The notes beneath the pieces are model-generated. The model did not search any database. It was not told the origin of the DNA and was given only the letters and a program-made list of their open reading frames with translations. This document shows, piece after piece, positions 9,805 through 20,087 of a stretch of DNA of 64,000 bases (position 1 is its first letter; each line of letters begins with the position of its first letter). The stretch lies in contig JAUMWV010000001.1 of NCBI GenBank assembly GCA_030529455.1, forward strand, positions 4,754-68,753. Direction: 5' to 3'. This DNA is from Propionibacteriaceae bacterium. Its GTDB lineage: Bacteria; Actinomycetota; Actinomycetes; Propionibacteriales; Propionibacteriaceae. Made by a program: the position numbers and the translations under genes.

Positions 9805-10131
9805 TCCTATCTCGCTCCTCACTGCGCCAGGGTGAAACCCATAAACTTCCATCGCCACACTATCAACCCAGGGTGGCTGTTCACCGGTGGTTGCCCTCAT
9901 TCTGGCGGCCGAGAGTGTCAATTCCGACGGCCCCACGAACCCTCCTCAAAACTAGGCAAGGCGAGCCTGCCCAAACCTTCCCTTGGCCGCTCCCGCCGGG
10001 GGCCGGAAACACCGATACCCCAACGCCACCCGGGGCCCCTCACCCACTATCGGCCCGGACCGCGAGGCTGCCCTTCAGGGGAGGCCGACACTCGCCCTCT
10101 GCTGGACCGCACGCCCATCGACACTAGGGTG

Positions 10132-11019
10132 ATGCCTATGAGTCAACCAAGCCAGCTGACCCGAGGCACGTTCCGGCTCGCCACGGTGTGCACGCTGCTC
10201 GCCGTCATCGCCGGATCGATCGTGTGCGCCACCGAATCCGGCCTCGCCTGCCCGAACTGGCCGGGCTGCTACCCCGGCCAGGTCATCCCCGGCCTGCACC
10301 TGCCGCCCTGGATCGAGTTCGGTCACCGCATGATCTCGGCGGCCTGCCTCATCACGCTGGTGATGGCCGCGACCAGTGTGTGGCGCAGCCACCGCGACGA
10401 TCCGTGGGTCCGCTGGCTGCCGTGGGTCGCCGTCGTCGCCGCCATCGCGGCCGCGGTGTTCGGCATGAGCATCGTGCTGTGGGGCATCAGCTCGTGGCTC
10501 GGGGCGATCGACCTGCTCTGCTCGCTGATCGCGCTGATCGCGATCACTCTCGCCACGGTCGCGCTGGAACGCGGCGGCTTCTCCTGGCGCTGGAACCCGC
10601 CCACCGTGCTGGGCACCACAGTCGTCGCCACCCTGCTGGTCGTGCACGCCCTGGGCATCCTGGTCGCGGGGCCGGAGTCCTATACCAGGTGCATGGGCTG
10701 GCCGCTGCTCGCGATCCACGGCTACGACGGCCACCCGTCCCTCCAGGTGGCCCGGCTGTGCCTCGCCGCGCTGGCCCTCATGACGCTGACCGCGCTGGCC
10801 TGGATGACCAGGGCACGCGACCGCGCGGTCCTCGCCGCGCTGGCGCTCATCGTGGCCGAGGCCGCCCTCGGCGCCGTGTTGCTCACCCAGGGGATCTCCT
10901 ACGGGTTGGCGGCCATCTACTCGACGCTGGCCGTGCTGGTGCTCTGGCTGGTCGCCCTCGCCACGGCCCGGGAGGGCCTGGCCCAGCGTCCGCACGGTGC
11001 GGACGCGCCGTCTCGGTGA
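10132..11019 (+). CDS. ctaA: COX15/CtaA-family (heme A synthase-like) polytopic membrane protein
   Basis: CPNWPGC motif after the first TM segment and multiple hydrophobic helices. The start is taken at the internal ATG (MPMSQPSQL) because the longer ORF prefix is Pro/Arg-rich junk. Confidence 0.7.
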   Translation: MPMSQPSQLTRGTFRLATVCTLLAVIAGSIVCATESGLACPNWPGCYPGQVIPGLHLPPWIEFGHRMISAACLITLVMAATSVWRSHRDDPWVRWLPWVAVVAAIAAAVFGMSIVLWGISSWLGAIDLLCSLIALIAITLATVALERGGFSWRWNPPTVLGTTVVATLLVVHALGILVAGPESYTRCMGWPLLAIHGYDGHPSLQVARLCLAALALMTLTALAWMTRARDRAVLAALALIVAEAALGAVLLTQGISYGLAAIYSTLAVLVLWLVALATAREGLAQRPHGADAPSR

Positions 11020-12625
11020 CCGCTACTCTCGTCCGGTGATATCTCAGCAGTGGTGGCACAACGCGGTCATTTACCAGATCTACCCGCGCTCCTTCGCGGA
11101 CTCCAACGGCGACGGCATCGGTGACCTGCCGGGCATCACATCCCGGGTCGACTACCTGGCCAGCCTGGGGATCGACGCGGTCTGGCTGAGCCCGTTCTAC
11201 CCGTCGGCGCTCGCCGACGGCGGCTACGACGTGGACGACTACTGCGACGTGGACCCCCGCCTCGGGACGCTGTCCGATTTCGACGAGCTGGTGTCCGCGC
11301 TGCACGCCGCCGGGATCAAGATCCTCATCGACATCGTGCCGAACCACACCTCAGACCGGCATGAGTGGTTCCGGGCCGCCCTGGCCTCGGCCCCCGGCTC
11401 CCCCGAGCGCGACCGCTACATCTTCCGGCGCGGCACCGGCGGGGCCCCACCCAACGACTGGCAGTCCGGTTTCGGCGGGCCGATCTGGGAGCCGGTGGGC
11501 GACGACTGGTGGTATTTCCACTTCTTCGCCCGCGAACAGCCCGACCTCAACTGGGACAACCCCGAGGTCAGGGCCATGTTCCTTGACGTGTTGAGGTTCT
11601 GGCTCGACCGCGGCGTGGACGGTTTCCGGGTCGACGTCGCCCACGGCATGAAGAAGGACTGGGCCGGGTTCGACCGGCCGTGGTCCGAGGTCGGGCTCGA
11701 AACCAAACCGGGGCACCCGTTCTGGGACGTGGACCCCGGCCTGGAGCACTACCGCGAGTGGCGGGAGCTCTTCGCCTCCTACGACCCGCCCCGGTTCGCC
11801 GTCGCGGAGGCCGACGCCCGGGGCGAGCGCCGGGTGGCCTACGCCCGTGCGCTCGGGCAGTCCTTCAATTTCCAGATGCAGGATGCCGACTGGAACCCCC
11901 GTTCCTTCAGCGAGGCGATCCACGCCGGGCTCGCGGACGCCGCGCTCGCCGGTTCGACCACCTGGCTGCTCGGTTGCCACGATTCCCCGCGGGTGGCGAC
12001 CCGGTTCGGCCTCCCGCTGGATGGGACGCACGGCTCGCAGCACACCGCCCGGGCCTGGCTGCTGGCGAACGGCGCCGAGCCGGTGCTCGACCGCGCCGCG
12101 GGCACCCGCCGCGCCCGGGCCGCCGCCCTGGCCCTGCTGGCGCTGCCCGGCTCGGTGTACATCTACCAGGGCGACGAGCTGGGCCTGCACGAGGTCGGGG
12201 ACCTGCCCGACGAGGTGCTGCAGGACCCGATCGCGTTCCGCAACCGGGCCCGCGAGAAGGGACGCGACGGCTGCCGCGTCCCGCTGCCCTGGACGCCGCA
12301 TGGGCCGAGCTTCGGTTTCGGGGACGCCCCGGCCCACCTGCCGCAGCCCGCGTGGTTCGGCGAGCATGCGGTCGCGGCCCAGGGCGAGGGCTCCACCCTG
12401 GAGCTGTACCGCGCCGCCATTGCCGCCCGCCGCGGCCTGTCCGGCCCACTGGAATGGCTGGATTCGCCCCCGTCGACCCTCCGGTTCCGCCGCGGGGAGG
12501 TCGAATGCCTGGTGTGCTTCGACCACGCGGTGCCGGTCGACCCGGCGCGGGTGATCGTCTCCTCCGCCCCGCTCACGGACGCGGTGCTCGGCCCGGACCA
12601 GACGGCCTGGCTGCGGGCGGTCTGA
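10997..12625 (+). CDS. GH13 alpha-glucosidase / oligo-1,6-glucosidase-like
   Basis: WWHNAVIYQIYPRSFADSNGDGIGDL, DIVPNHTSDRHEWF, GFRVDVAHG, GCHDSPR. The true start may be the GTG at 11036 (VISQQWW). Confidence 0.9.
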   Translation: MRTRRLGDRYSRPVISQQWWHNAVIYQIYPRSFADSNGDGIGDLPGITSRVDYLASLGIDAVWLSPFYPSALADGGYDVDDYCDVDPRLGTLSDFDELVSALHAAGIKILIDIVPNHTSDRHEWFRAALASAPGSPERDRYIFRRGTGGAPPNDWQSGFGGPIWEPVGDDWWYFHFFAREQPDLNWDNPEVRAMFLDVLRFWLDRGVDGFRVDVAHGMKKDWAGFDRPWSEVGLETKPGHPFWDVDPGLEHYREWRELFASYDPPRFAVAEADARGERRVAYARALGQSFNFQMQDADWNPRSFSEAIHAGLADAALAGSTTWLLGCHDSPRVATRFGLPLDGTHGSQHTARAWLLANGAEPVLDRAAGTRRARAAALALLALPGSVYIYQGDELGLHEVGDLPDEVLQDPIAFRNRAREKGRDGCRVPLPWTPHGPSFGFGDAPAHLPQPAWFGEHAVAAQGEGSTLELYRAAIAARRGLSGPLEWLDSPPSTLRFRRGEVECLVCFDHAVPVDPARVIVSSAPLTDAVLGPDQTAWLRAV

Positions 12626-12757
12626 CCTACCCGTTGGGTGGGGCCGCCGGGCGACGGCGTGGGCCCACCTCTAGGCTGGTCGCGGACGCGCCCGCACCGG
12701 CGGCACCAGCGGCCGCGACGCCCCACGACACCGTGTGAAACCACCGAAGGAGTCACC

Positions 12758-13780
12758 ATGGCTGTGCCCCAGATCACCCTGGCCCCCGGGCTGGTCACCT
12801 CCAAGCTCGGTTTCGGCGGCATGGGTCTCACGCACGTCTACGGCAGCCCGGCAGACGAACCCACGGCGCTGCGCGTCCTCGCCCGGGCCCTCGACGAGGG
12901 GGTCACGCTCATCGACACCGCCGACGTCTACGGCGTCCCGCGTCCCGGGACGAGGGGACCGTCGGGGACCAACGAGGAACTGATCGGCACCTTCCTCAAG
13001 GACCACCGGTCGCGGGTGCAGGTGGCGACCAAGTTCGGGGTGACCGGCGCGCCCCCGGGGAACCCGCCCGCCCGCGGCGACCGCGCCTACGTGCGGGCGG
13101 CCTGCGAGGCGTCGCTGCGGCGCCTCGGCACGGAGGTCATCGACCTGTACTACCTGCACCGCCGCGAACTGGGGCGGCCCATCTCGGAGACCGTCGCGGC
13201 CATGGCGGAGCTGGTGGCCGAGGGCAAGGTCCGTCACCTCGGGCTGTCGGAGGTCACCGCGGCCGAGCTGCGCGAGGCGGCCTCGGTCCACCCGATCGCC
13301 GCGGTGCAGAGCGAGTGGAGCATCTGGTCTCGCGACGTCGAGAATCACGTGGTCGGCGCGGCGGTCGAGGTGGGGGCCGGGTTCGTTCCCTATGCGCCGC
13401 TCGGGCGGGGATTCCTGACCGGCTGCATGACCCGCGAGGAGGTCGCGGGCTCCGTGCGGGTTGGCAGCACCCGGTTCGGCGAGCATTTCGACGCGAACCA
13501 GGCGGTCGTCGAGGCTATTCGCGCGGTGGCTGAGCGTAACGGGGCCACGCCCGCCCAGGTGGCCTTGGCCTGGCTCTACGCCCAGGGCACCCGCCTCGGC
13601 ATCCCCGTCGTCCCGATCCCCGGGACCCGGCGCCCCGAGCGGGTCGCGGAGAATGCCGCCGCGGTTTCGTTGTCCCTGTCGGCTGGTGACCTGGAGCTGC
13701 TCGACGAGGCCGCCGGTCTCGTCCGCGGCGACCGCAACATCAGCGCCGATGCGTCCTGGATCTCTTCTGGACGCGAGTAG
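12758..13780 (+). CDS. Aldo/keto reductase
   Basis: GAAGGAG RBS then ATG. LGFGGMGLTHVYG, TLIDTADVYG, IDLYYLHR, GLSEV. Confidence 0.9.
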   Translation: MAVPQITLAPGLVTSKLGFGGMGLTHVYGSPADEPTALRVLARALDEGVTLIDTADVYGVPRPGTRGPSGTNEELIGTFLKDHRSRVQVATKFGVTGAPPGNPPARGDRAYVRAACEASLRRLGTEVIDLYYLHRRELGRPISETVAAMAELVAEGKVRHLGLSEVTAAELREAASVHPIAAVQSEWSIWSRDVENHVVGAAVEVGAGFVPYAPLGRGFLTGCMTREEVAGSVRVGSTRFGEHFDANQAVVEAIRAVAERNGATPAQVALAWLYAQGTRLGIPVVPIPGTRRPERVAENAAAVSLSLSAGDLELLDEAAGLVRGDRNISADASWISSGRE

Positions 13781-13917
13781 GACCGCGCCCCCGGAACCGG
13801 GCGGCTGGGCATGGGGAAACTGGCTTAGCGGCTGTTCCGCAGAACCGGCAACCTCGGCTTTTCTGACCCCATCGCGGAAATTATCGGCCTTCTGATAAAA
13901 CTCAGGCTAAAAGCACA

Positions 13918-13963
13918 CGCGCCGCGTTCTCGGTCCCCTCCCACTAACCAAGAACGCAGCGCG
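13918..13963 (+). terminator. Imperfect 13-bp stem (1 mismatch), 20-nt loop, in the convergent spacer
   Basis: CGCGCCGCGTTCT ... AGAACGCAGCGCG followed by TGTTCACGTT. It lies about 140 nt after the reductase stop and has no clean U-tract. Confidence 0.25.
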
Positions 13964-14213
13964 TGTTCACGTTGCCAGCAGCTCCCGATATCAGGGCCGT
14001 CCATGTACCCTGCGAAATCGCATAGTGACCCTCCCCGCCACTGGCAAAGCAAGATTACAACATGTTGTTAGATTCTCGCTAGTCGAAGCGAAAAAAGCTT
14101 AGGAGAGTTGCGCGATCCAGTAAAACTCCTAGTGAGACGGGCTGTCTGGCCGGGGTTCCGGCAAAGCCAGCCAGCGGATTCGTCGGCCATGGCCGGGGCA
14201 GGGGGCCGCTGAA

Positions 14214-15686
14214 TCAGCCGCGTGGACCACCCCGGCCGCCCCACGGCGCCTGCCCGGCGATGACGTTGATGGGGTTATTCCCGTCAACGTAGACGGCATA
14301 ACTGGAACCATTGACCAGGCCCTCAGCAGAGACCACCAGTGAGGCCGAGTTCTTCTTGGCGCGGTAGGTCGCCAGGACGGTGCCGGAGGAGTCCCGCACC
14401 TCGATGGTCTGCCCCGCCGAGTAGCTGGCCTGAATAGCGATCCAGCCCTGTCCGGAGGACGAATCCGGGGTGATCGCCATGCCCGCCGCGCCGCCAGCCA
14501 GCAGCGTCCCGCCGTTCACGACGAAACCGGAATCGACGTCCATCGCCCCGTTTCCGTCGTGGGTCGGCCCGTGCACGGTCACGGTTCCGCCGCTCATCGT
14601 GAAGGTACCGTTGACGTCGATGCCATCCCCCTCGGCGTCCAGGTTCACCGTCCCACCCGAAATGACCAGGGACGGCATCGCGGTGGAGGAGTCGCTGGCC
14701 GAGGCGTTGATCGCGTCGTCCGAGGAGGTGAGGTCCAGCGTTCCCCCGGTGATGGCGACCTCGGTGGACTCCAGTCCCTCAGTCGAGGCGGTGACCGTGG
14801 TGGTCCCGCCGCCGACGACGAGGACCGTGTTCGAGGTGAGGCCATCGCCGCCCGCCGACACCGTGACGTCTCCTCCCCCGACGATGGTGTCGGTCTGGCC
14901 ATGCACGCCGTCGTCCCCTGCGGTCACGGTCACGGCGCCGCCCTTGATCGCGACGAAACCCTTCGCCGCGTCCTCGGCGTTGTCGGATTTCAGGCCGTCC
15001 CCACCGGCAGTGACGGTGATGGTCCCGCCGTTGATCGCGAGGTAGTCCTTGCCCCGGATCGCGTCGTCCGCCGCGTTGACCGCGATGGTTCCGGAGTCGA
15101 TGACCAGGCCGTCCTTGGCGACGATGCCGTCGCTGTCGTTGCCGTTGACGGTGAGCGATCCCGTGCCGGTGATGGTGAGGTCGGCGCTGGAGTAGAGCGC
15201 CCCGCTCGGCCCGTCCTCGCCCGTGGCATAGCCGGGGGCGTCGCTCAGCGTGTTGGCCGAGCCGTCCGCCAGCACGACGACGACCTCGCCCGCACTGACG
15301 ATGTTCAGTGCCGCCGAGCTGGAGGAGGCGACGTTCACCCCGTCGAGGATCAGGTAGACCGCACCGGGGTCCGGCGAGTTCACGATGATCTGACCATCGC
15401 TGACAGTTCCGGTGAGGCGGTACACCCCCGGCGCCGAGATCTCGGTGCCCGCTCCGCCGAGTTCGATGGTCTGGGCGGCGTCCGCATCGTAATCGAGGCT
15501 GGTGGAGTGGACATCGGCGTTGGCTGCGAGCACGCTGGCGACATCCGCCGCGACGGTGGGGGCCGCGGCCACGGCCCCTCCGCCACGGTGCCCGCCCGGA
15601 ACTACCCCGCCACACGCCACGAGCGAGGCGGAGATGGCCAGACCGGCCAGGGCGGAGATGATCCTGGTTGAGATCTTGGTGAACAT
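14214..15686 (-). CDS. Lipoprotein with beta-helix-type carbohydrate-binding repeats (Cthe_2159-like)
   Basis: Lipobox LVAC in the signal peptide MFTKISTRIISALAGLAISASLVACGG. Recurrent DDAIRGKD / GDGLKSDN / DDGVHG / GDGLTSN / DDAINAS / GDGIDVNG turns. Confidence 0.75.
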   Translation of the reverse strand: MFTKISTRIISALAGLAISASLVACGGVVPGGHRGGGAVAAAPTVAADVASVLAANADVHSTSLDYDADAAQTIELGGAGTEISAPGVYRLTGTVSDGQIIVNSPDPGAVYLILDGVNVASSSSAALNIVSAGEVVVVLADGSANTLSDAPGYATGEDGPSGALYSSADLTITGTGSLTVNGNDSDGIVAKDGLVIDSGTIAVNAADDAIRGKDYLAINGGTITVTAGGDGLKSDNAEDAAKGFVAIKGGAVTVTAGDDGVHGQTDTIVGGGDVTVSAGGDGLTSNTVLVVGGGTTTVTASTEGLESTEVAITGGTLDLTSSDDAINASASDSSTAMPSLVISGGTVNLDAEGDGIDVNGTFTMSGGTVTVHGPTHDGNGAMDVDSGFVVNGGTLLAGGAAGMAITPDSSSGQGWIAIQASYSAGQTIEVRDSSGTVLATYRAKKNSASLVVSAEGLVNGSSYAVYVDGNNPINVIAGQAPWGGRGGPRG

Positions 15687-15716
15687 CGGTGGTCCTTTCG
15701 GTGCTGGGTGGGGGAA

Positions 15717-16466
15717 TCAGGCGAGTCGGCCGAGGGCGCGCGCCCACCGGTTGTGCGGTAGTCGGGGGTGCAGTCCGGCCAGGCCGGTCGCGTACTTGCT
15801 GATCCGGATGGGGCGGTGACCGGCTGCCCACAGGCGGCGGTCCAGCAGGCTCGCCCGGGGACCGCCCTTGGTCTCGACGACCAGCCAGCCGGACGCCTGG
15901 CGATCCCCACCGCCGATCCGGCTGGTCCAGCGCAGATCGGCGTCCATCGTGACCCGGACGCCGCCGGGCAGGAGGAGGGTAGTCCGCCGATAGGCGCTGT
16001 CGAGCACCGGGATCAACCGACCTAGCGAAACCATAGTGATACCAACCGAGTGGGCGCTGGCTCGGAGGAACTCAGCGTCGGCGGGCGTGAGGTCGTCCTC
16101 GCCGCCCGGACGCGGGACCCGGTCCTTGACGGTCACGCCACGCCGGTGGGTTTTGGCCTCGAGCCAGCACTCGCCCGAATCCAGGTAGGTGCGCGTGCGC
16201 ACCTTCATCCGGCGGCGGCGCCCGCGGGCCGACTGGACGAAGAAGTCGAGGGCCGGGCTATCGAAGTAGGTGGACGAGTAGCCGAAGTCGCGCCGCCCAC
16301 CAATCTCCAGAACCCGGGCCCCGGGCGGCAGGAGCCCGAACACCAGAGCGGCGTCCGCGCGAGGCAGGAGGTACTTCCGGTCGACGCGGCTGAGGAGGGC
16401 CGCGGTGTCGTCCAGCTCGGCGAGGCCGATGGGGGCGATGCGGTCGAGGAGAGCAGCGGCGGTCAT
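15717..16466 (-). CDS. VTC-domain (triphosphate-tunnel, polyphosphate-polymerase-like) protein
   Basis: RVDRKYLLP..YSSTYFDSP..RRRMKVRTRTY..WLEAKTHRRGVTVKDR matches the VTC/CYTH strand pattern. It overlaps the upstream gene by 4 nt. Confidence 0.78.
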   Translation of the reverse strand: MTAAALLDRIAPIGLAELDDTAALLSRVDRKYLLPRADAALVFGLLPPGARVLEIGGRRDFGYSSTYFDSPALDFFVQSARGRRRRMKVRTRTYLDSGECWLEAKTHRRGVTVKDRVPRPGGEDDLTPADAEFLRASAHSVGITMVSLGRLIPVLDSAYRRTTLLLPGGVRVTMDADLRWTSRIGGGDRQASGWLVVETKGGPRASLLDRRLWAAGHRPIRISKYATGLAGLHPRLPHNRWARALGRLA

Positions 16467-17056
16467 GCCAGGCTCCGCCCCTGGATCAGCGTGTCCCCGG
16501 CGCGCTGGCGTCCGATGGCTCGGGGACGGTAGCGGACATCGACCGTGGTGGAGTCGTTGACCTGATCGAGCCGGAGCACGCTGAACCCGAGGATGTCGGC
16601 GTCCAGGTCGTCGGACAGGCGCACCCGCAGCTCGGATTCCGTGGGGATCGCCCGATCGATGACCATGATCTGGCGGCGGTTCTTGGCCAGCACCTTCGGG
16701 TGGTCGGCGACGAAGATGCCGATCAGCAGGGCGGCCATGAGGGCACCGCTCAGCGCGGTGTCACCGATCGGGATTCCGCCGAGCAGCCCGAGAGCCAGGG
16801 CGGTGAAGTAGTAGGCGATCTCGTGCTGGGCGAGTTCGTCGGAGCGAAGCCGGATGATCGACAAAACCCCGAACAGGCCGAGCCCGACGCCAATGCCGAC
16901 GTTGACCCCGGCGAGGATCGTCGAGACCGCCAGCACGCCGAGGTTGACGCCGAGGAAGGCCGTGGCGAGATCGCGGCGGTGGTGGCGCGGGGCGTAGAGC
17001 CCGAAGACGAGCACGAGCACGGCCACGAGGTCGAGGGAAACAAGCGCGATGTCCAT
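16463..17056 (-). CDS. DUF4956-like membrane protein
   Basis: Four to five hydrophobic helices and LSIIRLRSDELAQHEIAYYFTALALGLLGG. Typical partner of bacterial VTC proteins. Confidence 0.78.
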   Translation of the reverse strand: MDIALVSLDLVAVLVLVFGLYAPRHHRRDLATAFLGVNLGVLAVSTILAGVNVGIGVGLGLFGVLSIIRLRSDELAQHEIAYYFTALALGLLGGIPIGDTALSGALMAALLIGIFVADHPKVLAKNRRQIMVIDRAIPTESELRVRLSDDLDADILGFSVLRLDQVNDSTTVDVRYRPRAIGRQRAGDTLIQGRSLA

Positions 17057-17058
17057 GT

Positions 17059-17101
17059 CGGTGTCCTTGGTCGGTGTTCGCTGACAACACCAAGGACACC
17101 G
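17059..17101 (-). terminator. 13-bp perfect stem-loop downstream of the CsoR-like gene that also buries the SD-like AAGGA of the DUF4956 gene
   Basis: CGGTGTCCTTGGT (17059-17071) pairs with ACCAAGGACACCG (17089-17101). On the minus strand the 3' arm ends 2 nt before the ATG at 17056. Confidence 0.45.
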
Positions 17102-17165
17102 CCCCCGGATATGCGGTGCTTGTGACGACCCTGTTCATCCCCTGTGAGGCGTGGGGAACGCTGGC

Positions 17166-19147
<1,982 letters not shown>

Positions 19148-19148
19148 G

Positions 19149-19325
19149 TCAGCGCCCAAAAAGCTTGGCGAAGAAGCCGCTGCCCGAGGCGTCGGGCTTC
19201 GGCTTGGTCCGGTCGCAGGTGCAGCGCTGCGAGACCGGGACGTCGCGCATCACCGAGTCGACGTGCTGGCCGCATCCGGCCCAGGTGGTCTTTCCGCAGT
19301 CTTTGCAGGTGGCGGGACGGCACAT
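19149..19325 (-). CDS. Unlisted 58-aa Cys-rich small protein, first gene of the CstR-like operon
   Basis: Hand translation: MCRPATCKDCGKTTWAGCGQHVDSVMRDVPVSQRCTCDRTKPKPDASGSGFFAKLFGR, stop TGA at 19151-19149. AAGGAG lies 7 nt upstream. It falls below the ORF-track length cutoff. Confidence 0.6.
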   Translation of the reverse strand: MCRPATCKDCGKTTWAGCGQHVDSVMRDVPVSQRCTCDRTKPKPDASGSGFFAKLFGR

Positions 19326-19361
19326 GTGGTTCTCCTTAGGTCAGGTCCAAAATCCATCAGA

Positions 19362-19391
19362 ATGATACCCCCGGGGGTATCTTTTGGTAAA
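19362..19391 (-). promoter_or_regulatory. Putative sigma-A promoter (TTTACC-18 nt-TATCAT) with an embedded CsoR-family operator GATACCCCCGGGGGTATC (19364-19381)
   Basis: Perfect 18-bp palindrome 39 nt upstream of the small-ORF ATG. It overlaps the spacer and the -10 element. The sequence resembles the ATACCC..GGGTAT operators known for CsoR/CstR repressors. Confidence 0.7.
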
Positions 19392-19421
19392 GCTGGCGTG
19401 ATCCCCGGCACCGGCTGAGAC

Positions 19422-20087
19422 TCAGCCCTCCAGCGCCGTGGCCACCGCCGGGTTGTAGGCCTCGGTCGTCCCGCCGAAGAGCAGGTCGTATTCCACCTTC
19501 GGGCCCGCGACCCACTCGCGCAGGGCGCCATCGCGCCACGACGCCGAGCCCCTCCTGGAATAGTCGCCCACCCCCACGGTATCGATGCCGACCGCCTCAC
19601 AGAGCGTGATCGCGCGGGGCACGTGATAGCCCTGGCTGATGACCGTGGCCGAGGTCACGCCATAGACCTGGCGCGCCCGCACACAGGAGTCGAAGGTGTC
19701 GTACCCCTTCGGGTCACCCACGACCTTGCTGGCCGGAACCCCAGCCCGGATCAGGTAATCGACCATGACGTTGGTCTCCCGGAAGGAGCCGACCGTGTTG
19801 GCCGCCGAGGCCAGCAGCACCTTCACCTTGCCCTGCCGGTACAGGCTCACGGCCAGGTCGAGCCGCGCGCGCAAGAACGGCGAAGGCGTCCCGTCCGGGT
19901 AGACGCGGGCGCCCAGCACGATGCCGACCTCGCGCTCGGGGACGTCGGCGGCGCTGAACTCCCTGCCCGCCGAGACGACCCCGATGTGGATCGCCGGGCC
20001 CACGATCCCCGCCAGCACGGCGGCGACGGCGAGGCCGCAGGCCCAGGCGAGCCGCCGGATCAGGCGCTTCGGTTGGCGAGATACCAA
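19422..20087 (-). CDS. SanA/YdcF (DUF218) family membrane-anchored protein
   Basis: N-terminal TM segment, then [49 protein letters not shown]. Confidence 0.78.
   Translation of the reverse strand: MVSRQPKRLIRRLAWACGLAVAAVLAGIVGPAIHIGVVSAGREFSAADVPEREVGIVLGARVYPDGTPSPFLRARLDLAVSLYRQGKVKVLLASAANTVGSFRETNVMVDYLIRAGVPASKVVGDPKGYDTFDSCVRARQVYGVTSATVISQGYHVPRAITLCEAVGIDTVGVGDYSRRGSASWRDGALREWVAGPKVEYDLLFGGTTEAYNPAVATALEG

Noticed and set aside
9832-10131. Upstream 100-codon extension of the CtaA-like ORF. Similar 5' extensions occur at 12638, 24693, 29683, 30042, 31171, 31458, 36920, 39336 and 49930-50898.
   Set aside because: The extensions are Pro/Arg/Gly-rich and often overlap the preceding gene. 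Internal starts with an RBS or ATGA/GTGA coupling give proteins that begin at a sensible signal peptide or domain boundary.
14057-14068. Perfect 12-bp palindrome ACAACATGTTGT in the convergent spacer between the reductase and lipoprotein genes
   Set aside because: It lies downstream of both flanking genes, so there is no promoter for it to regulate. It is short enough to occur by chance in an A/T-richer spacer. I noted it but do not call it a site.
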